DNA of 64,000 bases from an uncultured delta proteobacterium (GTDB lineage Bacteria > Myxococcota_A > Polyangia > Polyangiales > Polyangiaceae), in contig CAWKKR010000008.1 of NCBI GenBank assembly GCA_963850305.1, forward strand, positions 448,001 to 512,000. Reading direction: 5' to 3'. Both the position numbers and the translations under genes were made by a program. The notes below the pieces were generated by a model that made no database searches, was not told the origin of the DNA, and saw only the letters and a list, made by a program, of their open reading frames with translations. Each line of letters begins with the position of its first letter. The stretch's first letter is position 1. This document shows positions 10,446-19,439 of this stretch, in pieces.

Positions 10446-11666
10446 ATGAAAGGCCATTCGAGGCCGAGGACGGCGAGCGCTCCCGGGGCGAAAGTCGTGG
10501 TCCGAGAGGGTCGCGAAAAGCCTTTTCGCAACCGGCATCCATGGGTGTTCTCGGGCGCGGTCGCCAGCGTCGGTGACGCCATCGTGGACGGGGAGATCGC
10601 GGACATCGTCGATGCGAACGGGGCCTTCCTCGCTCGCGGGATGGTGAATCGCCGCTCGCAGATCCTCGCCCGTGTCCTGACGTTCGACGAAAACGAGCGC
10701 ATCGACGAGGCCTTCTGGGACTCGCGTATCGCGCGCGCGGTCGCACGCCGTGGCGGACGGAACGGAACGCGACTGGTGAACGCGGAGGCGGACGGGCTCC
10801 CCGGGCTCGTGGTCGATCGCTACGGCGACTTTCTGGTCGTTCAAGCGTCGTCGCTCGGCATGGAGCGCCGCAAGGCCGAGATCGTCTCTGCGCTCGTACG
10901 GGTCACGTCGCCGCGCGGCATCTACGATCGGAGCGACACCGACGGACGGGACAAGGAGGGACTCTCGCCGTCCGCCGGTCTCCTCGCCGGAGAGGAACCC
11001 CCGGCGTTGATCGAAATCGCGGAGCCCACGTCCTCCGACCGGATCGCGACCCTTCTCGTCGACGTGCGCCACGGGCACAAGACGGGGGCGTATCTCGACC
11101 AGAGCGAGAACCGCGGGACCGTCGGCGCCTGCGCGAACGGCGCCGACGTCTTGAACCTATTTTCGTACACCGGGGGGTTCGCCGTGCACGCCGCGCTCGG
11201 GGGCGCGAAGAGCGCGATGAACGTGGACTCGTCGGCGGATGCGCTCGCGCTCGCCGAGGAGACGGCACTGCGAAACGGCGTGGCCGACCGCGTCACACAG
11301 GTGCGCGGCGACGTCTTCGACGTGCTCCGGAAGCTGCGCGACGAACACGCTTCGTTCGACGTCGTGATCGTGGATCCACCGAAGTTCGCTCACTCCGCGG
11401 CGGAGGTCGATCGCGCCGCTCGTGCGTACAAGGACCTGGCGCGCGTCAGTCTCGCGCTGGTTCGCGACGGCGGTCACCTGGTCACGTTCTCGTGCTCGGG
11501 AGCGATATCGGCGGATCTCTTCCAGAAGATCACGTTCAGCGCGTCGCTCGAAGCGCGGCGCGACGTCCGGATCGTCCGACGCCTGACTCAGGCGCCGGAC
11601 CATCCGATCTGGCTCACGTTCCCGGAGGGAGACTACCTGAAAGGCCTGCTCTGCCGCGTCGAATGA
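10446..11666 (+). CDS. rlmI: 23S rRNA m5C1962 methyltransferase (RlmI family)
   Basis: PUA-like RHPWVFSG, EADGLPGLVVDRY, GHKTGAYLDQ, VLNLFSYTGGF, VDPPKFA, TFSCSG, PDHP..FPEGDYLKG. Confidence 0.92.
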   Translation: MKGHSRPRTASAPGAKVVVREGREKPFRNRHPWVFSGAVASVGDAIVDGEIADIVDANGAFLARGMVNRRSQILARVLTFDENERIDEAFWDSRIARAVARRGGRNGTRLVNAEADGLPGLVVDRYGDFLVVQASSLGMERRKAEIVSALVRVTSPRGIYDRSDTDGRDKEGLSPSAGLLAGEEPPALIEIAEPTSSDRIATLLVDVRHGHKTGAYLDQSENRGTVGACANGADVLNLFSYTGGFAVHAALGGAKSAMNVDSSADALALAEETALRNGVADRVTQVRGDVFDVLRKLRDEHASFDVVIVDPPKFAHSAAEVDRAARAYKDLARVSLALVRDGGHLVTFSCSGAISADLFQKITFSASLEARRDVRIVRRLTQAPDHPIWLTFPEGDYLKGLLCRVE

Positions 11667-11691
11667 GGTCCCGGGTACGCCGGGGAACTGC

Positions 11692-12168
11692 TCACTTCTT
11701 CTCGGCGCGACGCCGCTCGGCGTCCGCGAGTCGGTCGGCGATCACCCTCCGAAGCTTCGGCAGATCGAAGCGCGCCGGACGGTCGCCGTCCGGCAGCAGC
11801 GCTATCTCCTGCGCGATATGATCCGCGCCATTCCGCGGTCCCTCCGGCACCTTCAGGGCGTCGGCGAGCTTCACGAGCGCGTTCAGTTCCTTCTGGTCGA
11901 CCTTGCCGTCGAGGCGCGTCATCCACGACGCCACGGCATAGACGAAGAGCCGATCCTCGCGACTCAGCGTGGACCGATCGATCGCCCCGATGTCGACCGG
12001 GGACTTCGTGGCGCGCTCGATCTCTTCGATCTCTTCGAGCTCGAGCCCCTCTTCGAGTGCCGTCCGGACTATGGCGTCCGCTTCTTCCGCGTCCAGGTGA
12101 CCATCAGCCCACCCGACCGCGGCAAGCGCGATGAATACGTCGCGCCCCAGGCGCTTCTTCTGCTCCAT
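11692..12168 (-). CDS. TerB-like protein
   Basis: ALAAVGWADGHLDAEE and second LDGKVDQKE motif, resembling TerB-fold acidic motifs. Confidence 0.65.
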   Translation of the reverse strand: MEQKKRLGRDVFIALAAVGWADGHLDAEEADAIVRTALEEGLELEEIEEIERATKSPVDIGAIDRSTLSREDRLFVYAVASWMTRLDGKVDQKELNALVKLADALKVPEGPRNGADHIAQEIALLPDGDRPARFDLPKLRRVIADRLADAERRRAEKK

Positions 12169-12200
12169 GAAAGCCTCCGTAACCGACTACCCTATCACCG

Positions 12201-12455
12201 ATGACGACCCCGGTGATGCTCTTCTACTTCGCGGGAGTCCGCGATCTCGTCGGGCGCGGTGAGGAGCGCATCGAATTACCCGAGGACGTCCGGACCATCG
12301 CGGATCTCGCGCGTTTTCTCGAAGGTCATCGACCGAGCCTGGCCGGGCGCCTCCACGCGGTCCGCTTTGCGGTGAACGAGGCCTTCGTGGAGCCGCGAGA
12401 GGTCTTGCGTCGGGGGGATGTCGTCGCGCTCATCCCGCCCGTTTCCGGTGGGTGA
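12201..12455 (+). CDS. moaD: MoaD/ThiS sulfur carrier
   Basis: YFAGVRD..., FAVNEAF, C-terminal ALIPPVSGG. Confidence 0.9.
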   Translation: MTTPVMLFYFAGVRDLVGRGEERIELPEDVRTIADLARFLEGHRPSLAGRLHAVRFAVNEAFVEPREVLRRGDVVALIPPVSGG

Positions 12456-12462
12456 ACGGCGC

Positions 12463-12834
12463 TCAAGGGGGAACGAGCTTCTTCACCTTCTGCAGGAGAA
12501 CCTCCAGCTTGAATGGCTTCGTCAGGTAGTGCTTCGCGCCGACCTGGATGCCCCGCACCACGTCCAGACTTCGATCCTGCGCCGTGAGAAAGATGATCGG
12601 GATCTTGCCGAGAGTGGATGAGCCCTTCATCGACTGGGCAATGGCGAAGCCGTCCTTGTTCGGCAGGTTCACGTCGAGGAGGACGAGATCCGGGCCATAC
12701 GTCGTCGCAGTCGAGATCGCTTGCCCGCCGTCGGTCACGACGGAGACGTCGTAGAGACGGGCGAGCGTCTTCGAGAGGAGCTCCGCAATCGCGGGATCGT
12801 CCTCGACGATCAGGATCCTTCGCTTCGCTGCCAT
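12463..12834 (-). CDS. Single-domain response regulator
   Basis: ILIVEDD, LVLLDVNLP, IFLTA, YLTKPF. Confidence 0.92.
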   Translation of the reverse strand: MAAKRRILIVEDDPAIAELLSKTLARLYDVSVVTDGGQAISTATTYGPDLVLLDVNLPNKDGFAIAQSMKGSSTLGKIPIIFLTAQDRSLDVVRGIQVGAKHYLTKPFKLEVLLQKVKKLVPP

Positions 12835-13039
12835 ACCCGAAGATCCGACTAACACGGATCGGCCAGATGAACGATCAAGAGCGAGCGAGAAACGCCCGGG
12901 GCTCGGCCTCCGCCGGCGCGGGGCCCTGGATCCGCGCGCAAGTTCTGAAAAATAAGGCGCCCGATGCCAATCGACCCGCGGTACGGAATCGTACCAGCGT
13001 GTCGCGGCCCGTCTTCAGGCCGGTGTAGGCTCAGCGCGG

Positions 13040-13978
13040 GTGACGGCTCCCGCGTTCAGGATCGGCGTCGACGAGAACGGCCTCGGAGCACGGCTCGGGC
13101 CCCTCGTCGTCACCGCGGTGCTGGCCCGCGTCGATGAGCGGGGCGAGCGCGTCTTGTCGCGCAAGCCACCGAACCGGATGAGGCTCGAACTCGCCGACTC
13201 GAAAGCCGTAGTGTCGCACGGGGACGTGGCGCTCGGGGAAGCGTGGGCGCGCGTGCTCGCGGGCCGCGCGCTCGCGACGCCGGATGAAGTCTTCGAGCGT
13301 CTCTCGCTCGAGTCGCGAGCCACCCTGCGCTCACCCTGTCCGTCGCACGTGGAACATCAGTGCTGGTCCGCGTCGCGTGAAGCGTTTGCCGCGGACGACG
13401 AGCGACTCGACCGCATCGCCGGACATATTTCATGGTGGGCCGAGCGCGGCATCGAAATCGTCGCGGTCAAGACCACCATCGTCTGCACCAAGCATCTGAA
13501 CGACGGGAAGCGCGCCGGCGGAAACCGGTTCGTGTCCGATCTGCACGCGATGGAACGCCTCGTCATCGAGTTACGTCGCGTGGCCGGAAGTGACGTCACC
13601 GCCGTCTGCGGAAAAGTGGGCGGGATGGACGACTATTCGAAGTTCTTCGGTCCGCTGTCGTACCGGCTGCACTCCGTGATCGCGCGCGGCAAGAAGCTCA
13701 GCGCCTATCATTTCCCCGGGATCGGCGAGCTGAGGTTCGAGCGGGACGCGGACGCCCGTGATTCGCTCGTGATGCTCGCCTCCCTCGTCGGAAAGTACGT
13801 CCGGGAGCTCCTCATGGCCCGCGTCTCGGGCTTCTACGACGCGGGCGACCCGGAGCTCGCGAGCGTCAGCGGCTATAACGATCCGCTCACCGCGCGGTTC
13901 GTGTCGAAGACCGCGCTCGCCCGGCGAGAGCGCCTTGTCCCAGCCGATTGTTTCGAGCGACTTCGCGACGTCAAATGA
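13040..13978 (+). CDS. RNase HII-like protein (atypical)
   Basis: IGVDENGLGARLGPLVV, ADSK, LASLVGKYVRE, SGYND correspond to RNase HII blocks. Confidence 0.7.
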   Translation: MTAPAFRIGVDENGLGARLGPLVVTAVLARVDERGERVLSRKPPNRMRLELADSKAVVSHGDVALGEAWARVLAGRALATPDEVFERLSLESRATLRSPCPSHVEHQCWSASREAFAADDERLDRIAGHISWWAERGIEIVAVKTTIVCTKHLNDGKRAGGNRFVSDLHAMERLVIELRRVAGSDVTAVCGKVGGMDDYSKFFGPLSYRLHSVIARGKKLSAYHFPGIGELRFERDADARDSLVMLASLVGKYVRELLMARVSGFYDAGDPELASVSGYNDPLTARFVSKTALARRERLVPADCFERLRDVK

Positions 13979-15399
13979 CCGAACGCATCGTCGGCGGCTC
14001 ACTGCCCCGCGAGGTGGCTCGCTTCGGCGCGCCACTCGCGCTCGGGATGGGATTGCAGACGACCTTCAACCTCGTCGACGCCTACATTCTCGGGCGACTC
14101 GAACCCGGCACGGCGGGCGCCGCGCTCGGCGCGATCGGGATCTGCGACCAGCTCGCCGCGCTGGGCACCATCGTGAGCTATGGCCTCTCCGTCGCGACGG
14201 CGGCGATCCTCTCCCGAAAGAAGGGCGAAGGCGACCTCGACGCCATCCCCCGCGTCGCCTGGCAGTCTCTCCTCTTCATCCTGGGACTGTCAGCGGTGTT
14301 CGCTCTGGTCGCCGTGTTCGGCGCCGGCACGCTGATGCATCGAGTGGTCGGCGCCAAGGGACGTGTGGCCACGTTCGGCACCTCCTATCTGCGGGTGATG
14401 GTCGGCGGCAGCGCGACCATCTTCCTGCTGTTGCACCTGACGACCATCCAGCGAGCCCTCGGAAGCTCGAAGACGCCGATCTCCATGTTGGTTGGTGCGA
14501 ATTTGCTGAATCTCGTGCTCGCGGTTCTGCTCGTGTACGGCCCAGGTCCGGCTCCCGAGGTTTTCGCCTGGGGACCGCCGATCGCGAGGGCGCTCGGGCT
14601 GCCGCGACTCGAGCTCATGGGCGCCGCATGGGCGACGATCCTCGCGCGCGCCGTTTTCCTCGTCCCGACGTTCATCATACTCGTGCGCCGCTTCGGGATT
14701 TTTCGCCGTCCGAGCTGGGTGCTGCCTCATCGCGAGACCCTGAAGAGCATCTTCGCCGTGGGATGGCCGACGAGCGTGCAGCTCGTCGTCCGCATCCTCG
14801 CGATGCTCACCATCCACTCCATCGTCGCACGCGCTTACACGACCAATACCGACCAGTCCGCGACCACCGCGCTCGGCATCGTGTTCAGACTGGAAACCAT
14901 GGCGATCTTCGTCGGGCTCGGCTGGGGCAGCGCCGCGCAGACCTTCGTCGGTCAGAATATCGGAGCAGGCAGCCCGGCGCGAGCGCAGGCGAGCGGCTGG
15001 TACGCAACGGTATTCAACGCCGGCATGATGGCGGCCCTCGCTCTTGCTTACCGGATCTTCGGCCCGGCGATCGTCGCATTCTTCGACGGGGCGCCGAGCG
15101 TCGTTCATTTCGCCACGGGGTACCTCCACTGGGTCGGACCCAGCTACATCGCGCTCGGCGTGGGAATCGTGCTGGGCTCGGCGATTCAGGGCGCGGGCGC
15201 GACGAAACAGACGCTCCGGCTCGACACGCTCGTCGTGTGCCTCCTCCAGGTTCCGGCAAGCCTTCTGGTCGTCTTCGGCTGGAACCTGGGCCCCGAACGG
15301 CTCTGGCAGGTGCTCGACGCGACCTACGTGATCTACGCCCTCGTATACGTGATGAGCTACCGTCGAGGGACGCACCTCGGCGTCGCCGTCGTTTCGTAG
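13975..15399 (+). CDS. MATE family efflux transporter
   Basis: ~12 TMs; QTTFNLVDAYILGRL, RALGSSKTP, GAAWAT, VGQNIGAG. Confidence 0.92.
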   Translation: MTERIVGGSLPREVARFGAPLALGMGLQTTFNLVDAYILGRLEPGTAGAALGAIGICDQLAALGTIVSYGLSVATAAILSRKKGEGDLDAIPRVAWQSLLFILGLSAVFALVAVFGAGTLMHRVVGAKGRVATFGTSYLRVMVGGSATIFLLLHLTTIQRALGSSKTPISMLVGANLLNLVLAVLLVYGPGPAPEVFAWGPPIARALGLPRLELMGAAWATILARAVFLVPTFIILVRRFGIFRRPSWVLPHRETLKSIFAVGWPTSVQLVVRILAMLTIHSIVARAYTTNTDQSATTALGIVFRLETMAIFVGLGWGSAAQTFVGQNIGAGSPARAQASGWYATVFNAGMMAALALAYRIFGPAIVAFFDGAPSVVHFATGYLHWVGPSYIALGVGIVLGSAIQGAGATKQTLRLDTLVVCLLQVPASLLVVFGWNLGPERLWQVLDATYVIYALVYVMSYRRGTHLGVAVVS

Positions 15400-15409
15400 T
15401 CCCGCATCG
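15396..15409 (+). repeat. Half copy of the GTAG repeat terminus, overlapping the MATE stop codon
   Basis: GTAGTCCCGCATCG is the exact reverse complement of 62641-62654. Confidence 0.55.
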
Positions 15410-15488
15410 GGCAAGGCCCCCCCTTTCCTAGGAGTCGGGGCAAGAGACGCCTCTTGGCGACGGCAGCACCTTGCCCGAGACTCGCGCC

Positions 15489-16385
15489 ATGAAGGAAAAG
15501 GCGAGAACCATCACCCCGCCGGGCGCCGACTATCAGATCCACGTCATCGGCGAGCACCCGCGCCCGCTCATGGATTTCTACCACGGGCTGATGCGCCTCT
15601 CCTGGACCGCCACCCTCTTCGTGGTGGCCTGCGCGTTCACCCTGACGAATGCTCTCTTTGCACTCGGCTTTCTCGCCACGGGCGGCATCGCGCACTCGGA
15701 TGGAACCTTCGCGGACGCATTTTTCTTCAGCGTCCAGACGATGGGCACCATCGGCTACGGCGCGATGTTCCCAGCGAGTCGCGCGGCGAACGAGCTCGTG
15801 GTCCTCGAGTCCATCGTGAGCCTCATCTTGACGGCGCTCACGACGGGACTCGTCTTTGCCAAGTTCTCGCGCCCGACGGCCCGCGTGGTCTTCACCAAAG
15901 AAGCCGTGATCTCACCGGTGAATGGCGTCCCCATGCTCATGCTCAGGCTCGGCAACGAGCGTGGCAACCAGATCGTCGACGCGAGCATCCGCGCGGTCAT
16001 GCTCCGCACGGAACAGCTCGCGGAGGGAGGCTCGTTCTATCGCATGGTCGATCTGAAGCTCACCCGCGATCACGCGCTGTCGCTCAATCGGTCGTGGAGC
16101 GTGATGCACCCGATCGACGAGAAGAGCCCGCTGTTCGGCGAAACACCCGAGACGTTCGTCGAGAAGAACGTCGAGGTGCAAGTGATGCTGGTGGGTCTCG
16201 ACGACACCTCCATGCAGATCATTCACGCGAGCCACCGGTATTTCAGCCGTCAGATCCTCTGGGGCCGGCGCCACGTGGACGTGCTCACGGAGCTGGACGA
16301 CGGCGCGATGCAGCTCGACCTGCGGCGGTTTCACACCGTCGAACCGAGCGTCCCCACACGGGAGTTTCCGTACCCGTCTCCATAG
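15489..16385 (+). CDS. Inward-rectifier potassium channel (KirBac)
   Basis: FFFSVQTMGTIGYG filter, GLVFAKFSRP, RLGNERGNQI, WSVMHPIDEKSPL. Confidence 0.95.
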   Translation: MKEKARTITPPGADYQIHVIGEHPRPLMDFYHGLMRLSWTATLFVVACAFTLTNALFALGFLATGGIAHSDGTFADAFFFSVQTMGTIGYGAMFPASRAANELVVLESIVSLILTALTTGLVFAKFSRPTARVVFTKEAVISPVNGVPMLMLRLGNERGNQIVDASIRAVMLRTEQLAEGGSFYRMVDLKLTRDHALSLNRSWSVMHPIDEKSPLFGETPETFVEKNVEVQVMLVGLDDTSMQIIHASHRYFSRQILWGRRHVDVLTELDDGAMQLDLRRFHTVEPSVPTREFPYPSP

Positions 16386-16458
16386 CGCGCTCAATTTCCG
16401 CGAGAGCTCGACGTCTGCCCCGATGACTTCGGAGCTTCGAGGATGATCGGGTCTCGAT

Positions 16459-16818
16459 TCAACCACCCGCCACGCACGTCCACATCGCGCTGGCCTGTGA
16501 ATCGCACCCGGCTATGGAGACTTGCCCGCTGGCGTTGCAGGTGTACGTGGGCTTCGCTCCGCCGCAATCGGCGAGGGTCTGGTAAAGGGCTCCGCAGGTT
16601 CCCGCACGAACCGTTTCGCATCCCGTGACGCAATCGGACTGCGACGTCGGCCCCACGGCACACTTCGCGGCAAGAATGGAGGGACAGACCGCGTCGCAGC
16701 TCGGGATCTCGTTGCCGGCGCCGCCATCGGGCGACGCGCCGCCTCCCGACGAACCTCCGCCGCACCCGGCGAAGACGCAAGCAACCAACCAGACAAGGAC
16801 GACTCGACCCGGCATCAT
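16459..16818 (-). CDS. Cys-rich putative lipoprotein
   Basis: Lipobox FAGC, Gly/Ser linker, ten further Cys. Confidence 0.7.
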   Translation of the reverse strand: MMPGRVVLVWLVACVFAGCGGGSSGGGASPDGGAGNEIPSCDAVCPSILAAKCAVGPTSQSDCVTGCETVRAGTCGALYQTLADCGGAKPTYTCNASGQVSIAGCDSQASAMWTCVAGG

Positions 16819-16878
16819 ACCGCGATGATACCCGCTTTTGCGGGGCGCGTGGCTTCAGGAATGACGGAACGCGCGGCG

Positions 16879-17292
16879 TCAGGCCTTCGCGATGATCTGA
16901 TCGACGATCTGCTTCGCGAAGTCCTTGTCCCATTCGACGAGGTTCTTCTTCGCAGACACCTCCACCTTCGTCAGCTTCGGTCCCTCGCTGCTGAGCGAAA
17001 CCGTGACGTCCAGCCCACTTTTCTTGCCGTCGTATTCGCGGTGATCACCGCCATTCTTGGTCGATTGGGTGTCGATGGCGATTCCGTTCTGTGCCAGCAC
17101 GTCCTTCGTCTTGGCGGCGACATCGTCGATCGGACGGCCGAGCGTCGACTCGGTGCCACGGGAAGTGAAATACACTGCCGAAGCTGCTCCGGCTCCGACC
17201 GCTGCGGCAACGCACCCGTAGCCCGCCGTGATGGCGGCCAAAAAGACCAGCAGGTGACGCCACACTACCTTTTTGCCGTTCCGTTGACTCAT
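16879..17292 (-). CDS. DUF3568-like lipoprotein
   Basis: GCVAAAVGAGAASAVY signature followed by small alpha/beta domain. Confidence 0.65.
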   Translation of the reverse strand: MSQRNGKKVVWRHLLVFLAAITAGYGCVAAAVGAGAASAVYFTSRGTESTLGRPIDDVAAKTKDVLAQNGIAIDTQSTKNGGDHREYDGKKSGLDVTVSLSSEGPKLTKVEVSAKKNLVEWDKDFAKQIVDQIIAKA

Positions 17293-17365
17293 ACAAGGGG
17301 TCGTAGGACCGGGCGGGAGCATGACAAGCATGCGCGAACGGCCGACTTCGAACCGCGTTTCGCCG

Positions 17366-18292
17366 TCATGTGGAAGTCCATGACGGTCTGCTCGTCGAGG
17401 CGTCGTCGGATGTGCGGCTCGGGCCGGACGCAGTCGAGCGCTCTTCACTCACGTGGAGGATTCGCCGATCGATAGCGTCGAGTACGGCGCCCGCGCCGAT
17501 GCCGGCGAACTTTCTGGCAAAGAGCTTTCGGGACGCACCGAGAGCGTCGATGTCGCCGATCTCGAGGATGGCAGGGTAAGGTGGATCGGGTCGGTCCCAG
17601 AGCGCGAATCTCAGATCGTCCGGGACAACGTTCGGGGCAAAGGGCGAGTTTGCAACCACGGTCTGGAAGTACGCTTCGTCCGGGATGAACACGTGCCCGA
17701 AATACCGAACGACATCGGGCCGGGTTCGTGAGAGCTGCTCCACGTATTCCACGCAGGGACGCGACAAGCACCACCACTGAGATCCCCCGTGCGGCACCAG
17801 GTCTTTCGGAAACCTGCGACCAACGGGCAGCGACAGTCGTCTAGAGCGGTACCAGAGATGGTATCGTCGCACGCGACGGGTCGCCTGAAATGCACCCGCC
17901 TGCCGCGTCCATCGGTTCGGGCGCTCGAGGGGAAACGCTTCGATGAACTCCGCGCCCTCCTGACGCGCGAGAAAAGCACCGATCTGCGCCGGCGTTCGAA
18001 GAGGATAATCCTGTCCGGAGAGCAGCACCGCATAGTCGTACGTTTCCCGCGAGCGTACGAGCGCTCGCACGCATTCGAGCGTCGCACCGACGATACCGAA
18101 TCCGCCCCAGTAGCACCGGTGCCGTGGCACGAACGAGCATCCGGGAAATTGCGTCCGGACGACGGCGAACGACTCCACGTCTGCTCGAGCATCCACGTGC
18201 ACGAACACCAGGGGCTCGGGGCCGAGACGGCTGACCAATCGGCACAGATGGTCCGGGTCGCGGTGGGCGAGGATGAGGTATGCGATACGCAA
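17366..18292 (-). CDS. GT14 (core-2/I-branching) beta-1,6-N-acetylglucosaminyltransferase-like
   Basis: IAYLILAH, FVHVD, WGGFGIV, LLSGQDYPL, GGSQWWCLSR, PDEAYFQT, FARKF; TTG start inferred. Confidence 0.88.
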   Translation of the reverse strand: MRIAYLILAHRDPDHLCRLVSRLGPEPLVFVHVDARADVESFAVVRTQFPGCSFVPRHRCYWGGFGIVGATLECVRALVRSRETYDYAVLLSGQDYPLRTPAQIGAFLARQEGAEFIEAFPLERPNRWTRQAGAFQATRRVRRYHLWYRSRRLSLPVGRRFPKDLVPHGGSQWWCLSRPCVEYVEQLSRTRPDVVRYFGHVFIPDEAYFQTVVANSPFAPNVVPDDLRFALWDRPDPPYPAILEIGDIDALGASRKLFARKFAGIGAGAVLDAIDRRILHVSEERSTASGPSRTSDDASTSRPSWTST

Positions 18293-18350
18293 CTCGAGAA
18301 AGCTGGTGTCCTGAACTCGTGGATGTAACCCCGCAAACGGGAGTCGGCGG

Positions 18351-18454
18351 GCTGACCTACGGACGCTGCGCTTCCCCGGACCGGCCACTGGCAGACCCAG
18401 CTTGCTGGAGGCGCCGCGGACGCAAAGCGACCGACGGCAACCGTCAGGTTCAGC
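18351..18454 (-). other. Imperfect inverted repeat, possible degenerate attC-like site
   Basis: GCTGACCTAC (18351-18360) pairs with GTCAGGTTCAGC (18443-18454) with bulged bases, just downstream of a minus-strand toxin remnant. Confidence 0.3.
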
Positions 18455-18463
18455 GGCTAGCGA

Positions 18464-18556
18464 TCACACGCGACGGAGCCAGATACCCGGATCGCGTTTG
18501 CCATGGAATACGGCAAGTACGACGACGACGTCGGGCGTGACGATGAGAGCTTTCAT
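18464..18556 (-). pseudogene. RelE/ParE toxin remnant, internally deleted (30 aa)
   Basis: Read manually: MKALIVTPDVVVVLAVFHGKRDPGIWLRRV*; LAVFHGKRDP..W is a typical ParE C-terminus; ATGA overlap with antitoxin. Confidence 0.65.
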
Positions 18557-18726
18557 CCGGCGCGACCGCGGAGACGCGCTTCGACTTCCGCCCAGGGCTT
18601 GCCGCTCGGGCCACGATCAGAATCAGGCGTCGAGTCGTCGAGGCTAGAAATAAGGTCTCCGGCAAGCTTCGCACGCGCGTCGACAGGCAAGCGGAGAGCC
18701 TCAAGGAGTAGCTGTTCGACATCCAT
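18553..18726 (-). pseudogene. Addiction-module (TIGR02574-like) antitoxin, shortened (57 aa)
   Basis: Read manually: MDVEQLLLEALRLPVDARAKLAGDLISSLDDSTPDSDRGPSGKPWAEVEARLRGRAG*. Confidence 0.7.
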
Positions 18727-18964
18727 GTACGAACTCTATCGGAAGGCGAGCCCAGGAGCATGCGCCGGTCGGGCAGCCCAGTCCGGGAACTCTTCCCACG
18801 CCGTACGGAATCGAAGGGAACACCGATGATCTACTGCCGTGGTCGAAGCTCCAGCGTTGCTTGGATAGCCCTCGTGTGCGGCCCGCTCACGTCCGGCACC
18901 CGCCGCGGACGGCGCGCGATAGCTCACGCACGGAGGCTCGTGAGTCAGCCAGGCCCACGGCGTT

Positions 18965-19085
18965 CTAGCCGCACCGAAGACCAGGACGCCTGCTCGCGTG
19001 TGCGAAAGCGAGGATCAGGATCGGGCGTCGTCGACGCGATACACGATGCTGAAGGGAAATCGGCGCAAGAGAGGGCGCCGACTTC
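18965..19085 (-). pseudogene. Second RelE/ParE toxin remnant, frameshifted
   Basis: RRPLLRRFPFSIVYRVDDA in one frame and ILILAFAHASRRPG in the next. Confidence 0.6.
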
Positions 19086-19139
19086 GCTCTCCGCCATGCC
19101 CGCTCGATCGCTTCAAGCGGGAACCGCTGTAAGCCGCCT

Positions 19140-19397
19140 TCACGGAACCCACGTCCAGCCGAACCTGTACACGGCCCACCACACGAAGGTCGTGAACAGC
19201 ATCGCCGCGCACGCGACGAGAAGCGCGGCCGCGTGGCATGCAAAGCGCAGCGGCCGCGGAACGCGACCGTGAAACCAACTTGCCGACAGGGTCGCCAAGC
19301 CCGCGGGAGGCAACACTGCCCACGGGACGAATAGCCCCTTGCCGGCGCCCCGCGCGACGCTCACGGCGCAAATTGCCGAAAGCGTTGTGTCGTTCAA
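19140..19397 (-). CDS. Possible small membrane protein or fragment
   Basis: 85-aa ORF, hydrophobic C-terminus (ALLVACAAMLFTTFVWWAVYRFGWTW); weak TTG start. Confidence 0.35.
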   Translation of the reverse strand: MNDTTLSAICAVSVARGAGKGLFVPWAVLPPAGLATLSASWFHGRVPRPLRFACHAAALLVACAAMLFTTFVWWAVYRFGWTWVP

Positions 19398-19439
19398 TCC
19401 GTTATCACCGGTCGCTCAAGGGACAGTGCGCCTCCCCGG

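Noticed and set aside
12201..12455. MoaD as part of a ubiquitin-like conjugation or defence system
   Set aside because: No E1/E2/JAB genes nearby; the sequence looks like an ordinary MoaD
18736..18927. 63-aa ORF within the TA patch
   Set aside because: No recognisable motif and atypical codon usage; probably decayed sequence
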